45,159 nt of DNA. Origin: a virus. Shown piece by piece: positions 14,793 through 23,641 of this stretch. Under the pieces are notes generated by a model. It saw nothing but the letters and a program-made list of their open reading frames with translations, had not been told where the DNA came from and searched no databases. Numbering within the stretch: the first letter of the stretch is position 1; every line of letters starts with the position of its first letter. Made by a program: the position numbers and the translations under genes. The stretch lies in the IMG/VR virus record IMGVR_UViG_3300029197_000008. One strand, given 5' to 3'.

Positions 14793-16694
14793 GTGGAAAT
14801 GATAAGCAAGCTCACGAAGGATTCTATTCTGGACGAAGAAGTGTTTGACGAGATATTCAGTCAAGAAGACGAGATATACAAGGCACGTCTTACGCTGACT
14901 CTTCTGGACAGAGCCAAGGAGCTTGGCGTAAAGAAAAAATTTGAGGATTTGCTGAAGGCTTATACGAAAGTACAGAAGCAAATGATCGAGAAAGAGAAGA
15001 ACAATAGAACAGTGTCTATGCTGGACCAGTGGACTAATTTCTCTGATTGTGAATATGACAGAATGAAATGTCTTAACTGGATAGCAGATGATGACGGAAT
15101 CAGAATATCAAATACGAATCCAGGATCACCGGATATTATAGCTTGTTATCACCCTATTCTCCCAATCGAACGAATGAAGAATCTGGAGACCGGGGAAGAA
15201 CAGATAAAGTTAATCTATAAGAGGAATAATAAATGGTCAGAGGTTATTGTTCCAAAAACCATGGTTGCATCAGCCAGTAAAATTGTGGGCTTATCTGCGC
15301 TTGGCATTTCAGTGACTTCTGAGAATGCGAAGTTCCTTGTCCGATATCTGTCAGATGTAGAAAATGCCAATGATGATTATATCAACATCCAATATTCTTC
15401 CAGCAAAATCGGGTGGATTCGAGATTATTTCTTACCCTATGACAAGGATATCGTATTTGATGGCGATATGAGATTTCGGCAGTTATACGAAAGTATCAGT
15501 GTAGGTGGCAGCAGAGCAGAGTGGTATGAACATGTAAAAAGGGTTCGTGCTACTGGAAGAATCGAACCAAAAATCATGTTGGCTGCAAGTTTTGCAAGCA
15601 TTCTAATCAAACTGGTCGGTGCTCTTCCATTTTTTGTAGACCTCTGGGGGGAAACTGAGGGTGGCAAGACCGTAACGCTTATGTTGGGGGCTTCTGTCTG
15701 GGCGAATCCAGGTGAATCTAGGTACATAGGAGACTTTAAGACAACAGATGTGGCCTTGGAAGCTAAGTCTGATATGCTAAACAACTTACCGCTGATTCTG
15801 GATGATACCTCTAAAGTGTCGGCTAAAATCAGAGATAATTTTGAAGGTATTGTATACGATTTATGTTCCGGAAAAGGAAAGAGCCGTTCCAATAAGGAAC
15901 TAGGAGTTAATCGGGAGAATCGCTGGCAGAATTGTATCCTTACTAACGGTGAACGTCCGCTTGCCGGATATGTCAGCCAAGGCGGGGCTATTAACCGAAT
16001 TATCGAGGTCGAGTGTTCTGAAAAGATTTTTGATGATCCACAGCTTACCGCAGATACCCTTAAAAAGAACTACGGATATGCAGGAATCGATTTTGTGGAC
16101 GCAGTCAAGGAAATGTCCATTGATGATATAAAAGCCCTGCAAAAGCACTATCAGGGGCTTATACAGGACGATGACAAGATGCAGAAGCAGAGCATATCTA
16201 TGAGTATTATTTTGGCAGCAGATAAGATTGCAACAGATCAGCTATTCCATGATGACCAGTACATTGACATTGAGACAGCAAAGAGCCTCCTGACAGAGAA
16301 AGAAATGGTGTCTGAAAACGAACGTGCTTACTGGTTTGTGGTTGATAAGATTGCCATGAACGGAATTAAATTCGATGATAACCCAGATATTAAGACAGAA
16401 AGATGGGGAGCTATTGACAATGATCCGGTAGAGAAGACGTCAACCGCAATAATCTATAGCGCAGCGTTTGATGATCTGTGCAAAATTGGAAAATTCTCCA
16501 GAAAGGCATTCTTGTCATGGGCTGTCAAGAAGGGGCTTGTGGAAACCGACAGCAGAGGTTATCCGACCAAAGCGAAAAAGCTGGACGGAATCGTCACCAA
16601 ATGTGTGTTCTTGAAAATTGTAGATGAAATTCCAAAAGGATTCGTGAATTGTAATGATGATTTTGAGATTACGGACGATATTGTGTTTGATTAA
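14793..16694 (+). CDS. SF3-type replicative helicase (DUF927/D5-like)
   Basis: Walker A GETEGGKT and Walker B LPLILDD. 633 aa. Immediately upstream of the iteron region. Confidence 0.75.
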   Translation: MEMISKLTKDSILDEEVFDEIFSQEDEIYKARLTLTLLDRAKELGVKKKFEDLLKAYTKVQKQMIEKEKNNRTVSMLDQWTNFSDCEYDRMKCLNWIADDDGIRISNTNPGSPDIIACYHPILPIERMKNLETGEEQIKLIYKRNNKWSEVIVPKTMVASASKIVGLSALGISVTSENAKFLVRYLSDVENANDDYINIQYSSSKIGWIRDYFLPYDKDIVFDGDMRFRQLYESISVGGSRAEWYEHVKRVRATGRIEPKIMLAASFASILIKLVGALPFFVDLWGETEGGKTVTLMLGASVWANPGESRYIGDFKTTDVALEAKSDMLNNLPLILDDTSKVSAKIRDNFEGIVYDLCSGKGKSRSNKELGVNRENRWQNCILTNGERPLAGYVSQGGAINRIIEVECSEKIFDDPQLTADTLKKNYGYAGIDFVDAVKEMSIDDIKALQKHYQGLIQDDDKMQKQSISMSIILAADKIATDQLFHDDQYIDIETAKSLLTEKEMVSENERAYWFVVDKIAMNGIKFDDNPDIKTERWGAIDNDPVEKTSTAIIYSAAFDDLCKIGKFSRKAFLSWAVKKGLVETDSRGYPTKAKKLDGIVTKCVFLKIVDEIPKGFVNCNDDFEITDDIVFD

Positions 16695-16712
16695 TAAACA
16701 ATTCGTTCAAAA

Positions 16713-16898
16713 GGTAACCGGGTAACCTAGGTAACCTTTGATTCTGCATATATATATTTGAGTATTTATATACACATATTGAGTATAAAAGTTTCCCTAT
16801 ATGAGGAAGTCAGGGTTACTCGGTTACTCGGTTACCATGCAGTAAAATCAATGGTTTGCGGATTTTTGAACGGTTACGTTTCGGTTACTATCGGTTAC
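16713..16898. repeat. Putative origin of replication: inverted iteron arrays flanking an AT-rich segment
   Basis: GGTAACC x3 (16713, 16721, 16730). AT-rich 16748-16795 with TTGAGTAT x2 spaced 21 nt. GGTTAC x3 (16814, 16822, 16830). CGGTTAC x3 (16871, 16882, 16892). Confidence 0.65.
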
Positions 16899-16916
16899 TC
16901 ATAAAGAAGGTGAATA

Positions 16917-17144
16917 ATGAAAGTAGAAGCTAAAGATATTCCGATCATGCACAAGTTCATGCCAGAGTTTTGGAATGCAATAAAAGAATTTTACAATGTG
17001 AAAAATGATGATGAATATTTTGGTGCATTACATAAAAAAATCGAGGATTTATATGAAATCTATCCAGACAGTTTGGCAAGATATCTGTCTTTGGCCTTTT
17101 ACAAATGGGCTGCGGATGTGTCAAATGGAAAATGCAAGGTATGA
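16917..17144 (+). CDS. Hypothetical protein
   Basis: SD GAAGGTGA. Confidence 0.55.
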   Translation: MKVEAKDIPIMHKFMPEFWNAIKEFYNVKNDDEYFGALHKKIEDLYEIYPDSLARYLSLAFYKWAADVSNGKCKV

Positions 17145-17422
17145 ATGAGGTGATAGAAATGCCATATAACACAGCAAGAAAGTATTATGAAGGTATCCAG
17201 ACAAGGAAAGACGTGTATCTGTACATCATAAGATACTTGAAAGAACATGATTATCCGCCAAGTATTCCAGACATTGCAGCAGGGCTGAGCATATCCAATC
17301 ATACTGTACAGAACCACTTTGGAGAGCTACTGGAATGTGGATTGCTTGAGACAGACAACCCCGGTGCGCCACGAGCGTATCGAGTGGCAGGATACAAGTT
17401 CAGAAAGGTGAAAGAAAAATGA
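17141..17422 (+). CDS. LexA-N-terminal-like winged-helix DNA-binding protein (no peptidase domain)
   Basis: YIIRYLKEHDYPPSIPDIAAGLSISNHTVQNHFGELLECGLLE. ATGA overlap with the upstream gene; an alternative ATG is at 17159. Confidence 0.6.
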   Translation: MNEVIEMPYNTARKYYEGIQTRKDVYLYIIRYLKEHDYPPSIPDIAAGLSISNHTVQNHFGELLECGLLETDNPGAPRAYRVAGYKFRKVKEK

Positions 17423-17802
17423 GTAGCAAGTTAAAAGTCAAGAAAAAGACCAGATTTCCTGTTCAGACTTCTAATCAGGCAGCTCATGCGTTTGGACGGG
17501 CTATGCAGAACTGTTATAGACAGATAAAAGACGTAGAGCAGCAAGCCTACGAGGATGGATTCACTGTTGGTGAAGATTGGAGTAACACGATCAACACTGT
17601 TACAACAATGATGGCTCTGAGGCGTTTATATGGCTTTTCTACGAAACGATTGCTGGATGTGGTAAGAACTGCCAATGAGTACGTTGAAATGGCAAATGAG
17701 GGCAAAATGAGCGTTCTGAGTATGATGCAGGACATTGAAGAGAACACAGATGTAAGATTTGACGAGATGAATAAGAACCTGGTTAAGAAGATGGGAGTTT
17801 AA
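17419..17802 (+). CDS. Hypothetical protein
   Basis: SD AAAGGTGA. ATGA coupling with the upstream gene. Confidence 0.6.
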   Translation: MSSKLKVKKKTRFPVQTSNQAAHAFGRAMQNCYRQIKDVEQQAYEDGFTVGEDWSNTINTVTTMMALRRLYGFSTKRLLDVVRTANEYVEMANEGKMSVLSMMQDIEENTDVRFDEMNKNLVKKMGV

Positions 17803-17861
17803 AATCATGGAGGACTGCACAATAGCGTGTCAGTTGCTTACATGGGGAAAGTGAGGATGGA

Positions 17862-18218
17862 ATGACAGAACAGGAAAAGAAGGAGCTACTGGACGAGTTA
17901 GAAAAACGTATGGACGAGAAATACAAAGGTTGTCTTACCAGAGAAGATGTTGCAACCACATTAAAAGCACCGAGAGAAAAGTGGTTTAGAGATGAGAATG
18001 GGAACGGAAGAGATTCTCTGATGACGGATGCTTTTGATTCTACCATTATCGCATGGCAGGTTTGGGAAACAATCAGAAAATTAACTTGCGTCGTGTGCGG
18101 TAAACAGTACGTCAGACATCTTGCAAATGTAGAGAATGCAGACGAGATTGCAGAGGAACTTTGCCAGTTTATTTATGACTTGAAGATGGATTTTAAGAAA
18201 CAGGAGGACACGAAATGA
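17862..18218 (+). CDS. Hypothetical protein
   Basis: SD GTGAGGA. Confidence 0.6.
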   Translation: MTEQEKKELLDELEKRMDEKYKGCLTREDVATTLKAPREKWFRDENGNGRDSLMTDAFDSTIIAWQVWETIRKLTCVVCGKQYVRHLANVENADEIAEELCQFIYDLKMDFKKQEDTK

Positions 18219-18643
18219 GAAAATACACAATAAATCTTCCAAGAGGACTGGAAGTAGATATTTCTAATTTGCCAGAGGACTTCAAAGAACAGATCGAGCA
18301 GGCGTTCAGAGAGTATACATCTGGAACAGCAAAAGCGTATATGTACGTTGACAAGTTGGGATTCATTGACCGTTGCGTGGAATATTTAAACGGTAACGAG
18401 GATTCAGATGATGTTGTAAATACACTGGTTGAAGAAGCAATGATTTCTGAATGGAGAAACAATGGAGAAATCATCAAGGAAGATGATATATACTGTATTG
18501 ATTTTATGGAAGATTGCTACAGAAAAGGCAATGAAGATGCAAAACTAAACTCACATTTTAGAACTGACGATCATCATATTTACGACCAGATTCAGAAAGT
18601 TCTGGTGCAGGTAATTACAATTGTAATGAATTATCAGGATTAA
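18215..18643 (+). CDS. Hypothetical protein
   Basis: SD AGGAGGA. ATGA coupling with the upstream gene. Confidence 0.6.
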   Translation: MRKYTINLPRGLEVDISNLPEDFKEQIEQAFREYTSGTAKAYMYVDKLGFIDRCVEYLNGNEDSDDVVNTLVEEAMISEWRNNGEIIKEDDIYCIDFMEDCYRKGNEDAKLNSHFRTDDHHIYDQIQKVLVQVITIVMNYQD

Positions 18644-18655
18644 GGATGACGCAAA

Positions 18656-19021
18656 ATGTTAATCAGAAGTCAGAATAAAATAACACTGGTAAAGTTTGAA
18701 AACATTGTTGTAAATATCAATAACATTAATGGTAAAGAAATTATTTGTTGGAGCCAGATGAATCCAGGAGAAGATGAGTATATTTCATTGGGTCATTATT
18801 CCACCAAAGCAAAAGCCATGAAAGTACTGGATATGATTCAGGAGGCTTACATGGATTACAAATCCGGTGAAATTATTGGCAGTGGGTTGGCAGGATCAGC
18901 ATACACAGGAAGCTATGATACAAAAGAAAGTGTGGCACATGGAATTGCTGTATTAAAAGGCTATGGAAATGAGGTAAGAAAATCAATCCTGTTTCAGATG
19001 CCAGAAGATAGTGAGGTGTAA
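18656..19021 (+). CDS. Hypothetical protein
   Basis: SD AAGGA. Confidence 0.6.
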   Translation: MLIRSQNKITLVKFENIVVNINNINGKEIICWSQMNPGEDEYISLGHYSTKAKAMKVLDMIQEAYMDYKSGEIIGSGLAGSAYTGSYDTKESVAHGIAVLKGYGNEVRKSILFQMPEDSEV

Positions 19022-19023
19022 GT

Positions 19024-19200
19024 ATGAACAAGACCAATATTGGCTCTTTGAAACATGGAGATGTTTTCCAATATAAATGCGAAATGTATAGAGCTGGACA
19101 TGTAATCGAAAATACAGATGGATATGTTTCTTGCACAAATATCAAAACACGCAAAGTTGAAAGGATTTACATAGATACAGAAGTGGAGGTGGAAGTATGA
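19024..19200 (+). CDS. Small hypothetical protein (58 aa)
   Basis: SD GAGGTG. ATGA coupling to the next gene. Confidence 0.5.
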   Translation: MNKTNIGSLKHGDVFQYKCEMYRAGHVIENTDGYVSCTNIKTRKVERIYIDTEVEVEV

Positions 19201-19763
19201 AAAGATATGAAACAACAAAATTTCTTGGTCAATTGATGGAAAAAAGCTGTTTTTCCGGCCCAGGTAAATACTGGGCTAGAGAAGTAAGCCTTGATTATGG
19301 CTACGCAGCAGGAAAGCCAAGAAGAGTAAATTACATGCAGTTTATTCCGGAAAACCAGTGTTCTATCTCATCAATCGAAAAAGGAATATTTACATGCTAT
19401 GAAATCAAAAGCTGCAAAGAGGATATTTACAGCGGAAATGGATTAAATTTTATTGGCGAAAAAAACTATCTTGTAACAACAATGGAGTGCTACAAAGAGA
19501 TTTTACCTGATTTAAAAAATGGAAAATTTGCCCAACATATACGTGAGAATTTTCCAGAATGTTACGCGGAAATAGGTAACATGGGAGTAATGGTTGCAGT
19601 TCCGTATCAGAGAGATGTTGCCGAAGAATTTGAAAACCCAACACCACTAGATGGAGATGTGGAAAAATGGAGATTATCAGTTATTTTGAAGTGTGGACAC
19701 AATGGGTCAAGAAAAAGATCCATGACAGAACTGTTGTTTCACATGGTAAGAAGCTGGAATTGA
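19197..19763 (+). CDS. Hypothetical protein, possible PD-(D/E)xK nuclease (MmcB-like)
   Basis: EVSLDYG...RVNYMQF...CYEIKSCKEDIYS pattern. The function call is weak. Confidence 0.55.
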   Translation: MKRYETTKFLGQLMEKSCFSGPGKYWAREVSLDYGYAAGKPRRVNYMQFIPENQCSISSIEKGIFTCYEIKSCKEDIYSGNGLNFIGEKNYLVTTMECYKEILPDLKNGKFAQHIRENFPECYAEIGNMGVMVAVPYQRDVAEEFENPTPLDGDVEKWRLSVILKCGHNGSRKRSMTELLFHMVRSWN

Positions 19764-19779
19764 GAAAGGATGGAATAAT

Positions 19780-20112
19780 ATGAGCCATATCAAAGACAGA
19801 TTATCGGATTATCATGATTTCATGAAGAAACTTGCGGATGGCCACCAGATGGTTTTAGCAAGTGATGTTCTGGAAATGATAGAACAGATTAAGGATGATC
19901 TGGAACAGGACGAGAAAGAAAATGGTTGGATTCCAGTCAGTGAGAGATTACCGGAAAACGGAACATATATCACTACTTTAGACGGAGAGCTTGTCGGACA
20001 GGAAGAACCATTCACGGGAATGTGCGGTATCGAAAATGGAAAATGGGATGATGAAGACTGTGTTATTGCCTGGATGCCACTTCCAGAACCATATAAGGAG
20101 GACGAGCCATGA
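19780..20112 (+). CDS. DUF551-like protein
   Basis: GWIPVSERLPE ... IAWMPLPEPY. Confidence 0.6.
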   Translation: MSHIKDRLSDYHDFMKKLADGHQMVLASDVLEMIEQIKDDLEQDEKENGWIPVSERLPENGTYITTLDGELVGQEEPFTGMCGIENGKWDDEDCVIAWMPLPEPYKEDEP

Positions 20113-20210
20113 TTACATTCTTATTAGGGCTTACACTTGGAATCATAGTCGGAGTGGTCGGTCTTGTATGCGTAGCGATCATGTACGATAAACACCACCC
20201 AGACGATTAG
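20109..20210 (+). CDS. Tiny membrane peptide (33 aa)
   Basis: SD AAGGAGGA. A single TM helix. Confidence 0.4.
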   Translation: MITFLLGLTLGIIVGVVGLVCVAIMYDKHHPDD

Positions 20211-20223
20211 AAAGGAGAACAAT

Positions 20224-20538
20224 ATGCTGACAAGGAATAAAAAGCTGAAAGACTACGGTATTCCGGCAGAGGACATTGAAAAACTGAATACAATGCTGAA
20301 AGACTTCCCGGCAGAGTACGGCTACCTGCTTTCCGGTGCCGCCTTGTCAGCTTGTCCGAAGAACACGGTGATAGCGGATATGGTTATTGAGAATATCCTA
20401 CACCGGAAAAGTTACAGAAAAATCAGCAGAGAAAGATATATCCCGATGAACCCGAAAGACTTTTACGGATACAGGCGCAAGACCGTCGCTGTACTGTATG
20501 AGAGAATGCGGTTGTTGGGAGTGTGGGAGGATGAATAA
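20224..20538 (+). CDS. Hypothetical protein; candidate late-gene regulator by position only
   Basis: SD AAAGGAG. Lies about 1.3 kb upstream of the late promoter/terminase, where RinA/ArpU-type activators usually sit. Confidence 0.55.
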   Translation: MLTRNKKLKDYGIPAEDIEKLNTMLKDFPAEYGYLLSGAALSACPKNTVIADMVIENILHRKSYRKISRERYIPMNPKDFYGYRRKTVAVLYERMRLLGVWEDE

Positions 20539-20692
20539 AAAAATGTGTCTTGTATGGTTGGCGATTATATTTATTTGTTGGATTTTAGGTGCAAAAATAT
20601 CAGATATTAATGTTGCAATGATAGCAATATTCTATATTGGCGATTGTATTTCTGACCTTGCAAAAGCAATTGAGAAGAGGAGTGAAAAATGA
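20531..20692 (+). CDS. Small membrane protein
   Basis: Two hydrophobic segments. The start is uncertain. Confidence 0.4.
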   Translation: MNKKMCLVWLAIIFICWILGAKISDINVAMIAIFYIGDCISDLAKAIEKRSEK

Positions 20693-20919
20693 AGTTAATT
20701 GATTTAATAGCAGTAATTGACGACGATCCTGAAAGCGATATAAAAATTCAGATATGTCACCCTGGAAGAAGCTGGGAGGATTACGATACATTCAATGCCG
20801 GTTCAAAGCTGCTGAAACCATTTTACGATTTAGAAATAAGCTGCCTTTCGGCAATAGAAACAGATGTGATCAGAGTTGATTTGAATTTTGACAAGAAAGA
20901 AGGCAAAACAGATGAGTAG
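20689..20919 (+). CDS. Hypothetical protein
   Basis: SD GAGGAGTG. Confidence 0.55.
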   Translation: MKLIDLIAVIDDDPESDIKIQICHPGRSWEDYDTFNAGSKLLKPFYDLEISCLSAIETDVIRVDLNFDKKEGKTDE

Positions 20920-21103
20920 ACTGATTGATGCTGATGAATTAATTAAATACATTAAAATTTGGGAAATCGGGACAAGTATTAGTTCCGACCAGAAAGAGTT
21001 TATTGATTGCATTAACAGACAGCCGACAGCATTTGATGCGGAAAAAGTTACGGAATCGCTTATTTCATCTCCTCCAACTTCTTCTCAGCTTCTTCACGAG
21101 TGA
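20912..21103 (+). CDS. Hypothetical protein
   Basis: ATG 20912 (MSRLIDADELIKY...) is preferred over TTG 20888. Confidence 0.5.
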   Translation: MSRLIDADELIKYIKIWEIGTSISSDQKEFIDCINRQPTAFDAEKVTESLISSPPTSSQLLHE

Positions 21104-21268
21104 GGAATACCAAATCATTTTATGTTAAAAAGTCAGATGTAATAAAAATCATGGAAAATAATTCTCACATGATAGAGGTATTTGGAGTTAAAAAGAAAAT
21201 GATTGACGGATTCGCAATGGGTTGTGATTTCGCAGATCTGGAAACTGTCAGTATTGAGGAGGACGATA

Positions 21269-21586
21269 ATGAGGATTAACATGAAACCAGAAGAAGCAAA
21301 AGACATATTATCCGATATGAGAGACCAGCATTTATGTTTCATTGAAAGTTCTGAAAACAAAGATGAATGGCAGAAAAAATATCTCAAGGAAGCATGGGCG
21401 TGTGATTCCGGAGCAAAAGCATTGGAAAAGCAGATTCCATGCAAACCTGAAGAATATGTTCCAGATTTTCCGTACAATATATTTTCCACTCAAAAATGTG
21501 CGAAATGCGGAACACCTATTATTGGTAAAAAAATAAGCAAGTACTGTTATGAATGCGGGCAGAAAATTGACTGGGGAGAGGAGTGA
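21269..21586 (+). CDS. Zinc-ribbon protein
   Basis: SD GAGGAGG 7 nt before ATG 21269. C-terminal CAKCGTPI...CYECGQKI. Confidence 0.6.
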   Translation: MRINMKPEEAKDILSDMRDQHLCFIESSENKDEWQKKYLKEAWACDSGAKALEKQIPCKPEEYVPDFPYNIFSTQKCAKCGTPIIGKKISKYCYECGQKIDWGEE

Positions 21587-21590
21587 TTAA

Positions 21591-21734
21591 ATGGATTTTA
21601 ATACAGCAATGGCGAAATCAGTAGCATGGGCCAGTACATCATTTGCCGTAATAGCGGCACTCAGTTATACAAAAGAACCATTATGCTTAATGGCATTAGT
21701 TCTTCCGCTGTTTGTTGGATTACTTGCACATTAA
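21591..21734 (+). CDS. Small membrane protein (47 aa)
   Basis: SD GGAGAGGAG. Two TM segments. Confidence 0.45.
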   Translation: MDFNTAMAKSVAWASTSFAVIAALSYTKEPLCLMALVLPLFVGLLAH

Positions 21735-21775
21735 TGAGAAGGAGTTGATAATCATGTTGGACAATCCTACATTAG

Positions 21776-21802
21776 AGAGTCGGTATTTACCGGCTCTTTT
21801 TT
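21776..21802 (+). terminator. Terminator closing the early/middle region
   Basis: 8-bp stem AGAGTCGG/CCGGCTCT (one G-U pair), 6-nt loop, then TTTTTT. Confidence 0.7.
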
Positions 21803-21817
21803 AGCACAAAATTTCTC

Positions 21818-21857
21818 AAACATGTACCACAACTTTTCCACCAACCTATGATAGAAT
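21818..21857 (+). promoter_or_regulatory. Late promoter copy 1 (upstream of terL)
   Basis: AAACATGTACCACAACTTTT, then a 14-nt spacer whose 3' end supplies the TGA of the extended -10, then TAGAAT. The same 20-mer at the same 34-nt offset from a TG-extended -10 recurs at 29975-30014. Confidence 0.65.
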
Positions 21858-21910
21858 ATACTCAGAAGTGTTACTATGGGGTTTTATAGCTTAATTCAGA
21901 AAGGATATGA

Positions 21911-23476
21911 TTGGATGTTGATAGGATGGCAAACGAGGAAAATTTAAAACCATTTACAAGCAATCAAAGCCGTGAGGAAGCCGTGAGAAACGGACAAAAA
22001 GGCGGTATTGCATCTGGATATTCTAGGAGACAAAAAAAAGCCCTTTCTGATTATGTGAAAATTATAGCTGAAAGCCCTGCATCAAGTACTGCAAAAAAGA
22101 AACTTGCAAAAATGGGGATTGCTGACGAAGACGCAAATAACATGGCAGTCGTAGCAACTTCTCTGTATAAAAAAGCGGCAGATGGAAATATACAGGCTAT
22201 CGAAAAATGGGAGCAGCTAACAGCAGCTTCAAAAGACGATGATGAAAAATACGAACTTCCTGCCAGAGTGCTCGGCAAGGCATTCGTGGACATTAACCGA
22301 CAGATTAAGCCCAACATTGAATATGTATTCGAGGGCGGCCGAGGCGGTCTGAAATCTTCATTCGTAGCTTTTAAGATTGTTGAACTTATCAAGAATAATC
22401 CTCAGATGCACGCCTGCATTACAAGACAGGTGGCTGGTACTCTGAAAGATTCTGTATATGCCAATATGAAATGGGCTATCAATGAACTTGGACTGATGGA
22501 AGAATTTGAATGCAAGGTGTCACCACTTGAGATCAAGTATATTAAGACAGGGCAGACAATATACTTCCGTGGTCTGGACGATGAAACCAAACTGAAATCT
22601 ATTAAGCCGGAATTTGGATATATCGGAATCCTCTGGAAAGAAGAAAAAGACCAGATGAAGGGAGATGCTCAGGAACGTTCTGTTAATCAGTCAGTACTTC
22701 GTGGTGGCGATGAATCTTATGATTTTTCATCATACAACCCACCAAAATCAAAATCAAACTGGGTAAACAGGATCAAGCTCACACCTAACCCGAAAAGAGT
22801 TATTCATCATTCGAGTTATTTGGAAGCCCCGGCGGAGTGGCTTGGACAGAAGTTTATTGACGATGCAGCGCATCTGAAAGAAATCAATCCAGAAGCCTAT
22901 GAGCATGAATACCTGGGTGTTCCAAATGGTGACGGCGGAAACGTATTTGAATATCTGGAGATTAGAGATATTACAGATGAAGAAATCGTCCGCATGGATC
23001 GTATTTTCGCTGGCGTAGATTATGGATGGTACCCGGATGCCTTCTGCTATCTCCGAACTTATTACGATTCTGCTAGAGAGAAAATATATCTGATTGACGA
23101 ATTGTATGTAAATAAATGGAGCAACTCCAAGACCGCTGATTGGATCAAGAAAAAAGGCTATGACGATTATACGATGATATGTGATTCCGCGGAACCCAAG
23201 TCCGTGAACGACTTCCGGGATGCCGGACTTCCTGCCAGAGGAGCGATCAAAGGGCCGGGAAGTATCGAGTATGGTTTTAAGTTTTTACAGACTAAGACAC
23301 TTGTCATTGACCCGAAGCGGACACCGAACGCATATAAGGAAATCACAGAGTATGAGTACGATCGGGACAAAGAGGGAAATGTAATAAGCGGTTATCCTGA
23401 TGGAAACGATCATGCAATCTCGGCACTTAGGTATGCTTATGAGCCGTTATTTAACAGGAGGGGGTACAGTGCATAA
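21911..23476 (+). CDS. terL: Terminase large subunit with an N-terminal extension of about 130 aa
   Basis: Walker-A-like GGRGGLKSS. PBSX-type TerL layout. The C-terminal nuclease region ends DHAISALRYA. Confidence 0.9.
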   Translation: MDVDRMANEENLKPFTSNQSREEAVRNGQKGGIASGYSRRQKKALSDYVKIIAESPASSTAKKKLAKMGIADEDANNMAVVATSLYKKAADGNIQAIEKWEQLTAASKDDDEKYELPARVLGKAFVDINRQIKPNIEYVFEGGRGGLKSSFVAFKIVELIKNNPQMHACITRQVAGTLKDSVYANMKWAINELGLMEEFECKVSPLEIKYIKTGQTIYFRGLDDETKLKSIKPEFGYIGILWKEEKDQMKGDAQERSVNQSVLRGGDESYDFSSYNPPKSKSNWVNRIKLTPNPKRVIHHSSYLEAPAEWLGQKFIDDAAHLKEINPEAYEHEYLGVPNGDGGNVFEYLEIRDITDEEIVRMDRIFAGVDYGWYPDAFCYLRTYYDSAREKIYLIDELYVNKWSNSKTADWIKKKGYDDYTMICDSAEPKSVNDFRDAGLPARGAIKGPGSIEYGFKFLQTKTLVIDPKRTPNAYKEITEYEYDRDKEGNVISGYPDGNDHAISALRYAYEPLFNRRGYSA

Positions 23477-23477
23477 A

Positions 23478-23636
23478 ATGTTAGATAGGTACTTTCCAGA
23501 TAAAATAAATAAATTCTTAAGCATCGGTTTAAAAATATATGGATCATCCGACATTAACGAAATCTTAAAAGTTGTAGAATATGAAGACATTATTGTGCGA
23601 GATACTCCTGTAAGATGGATGGATTTTAAAAGGTAG
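23478..23636 (+). CDS. Small hypothetical protein (52 aa)
   Basis: Fills the terL-portal gap. The SD is distant. Confidence 0.3.
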   Translation: MLDRYFPDKINKFLSIGLKIYGSSDINEILKVVEYEDIIVRDTPVRWMDFKR

Positions 23637-23641
23637 ATTAA

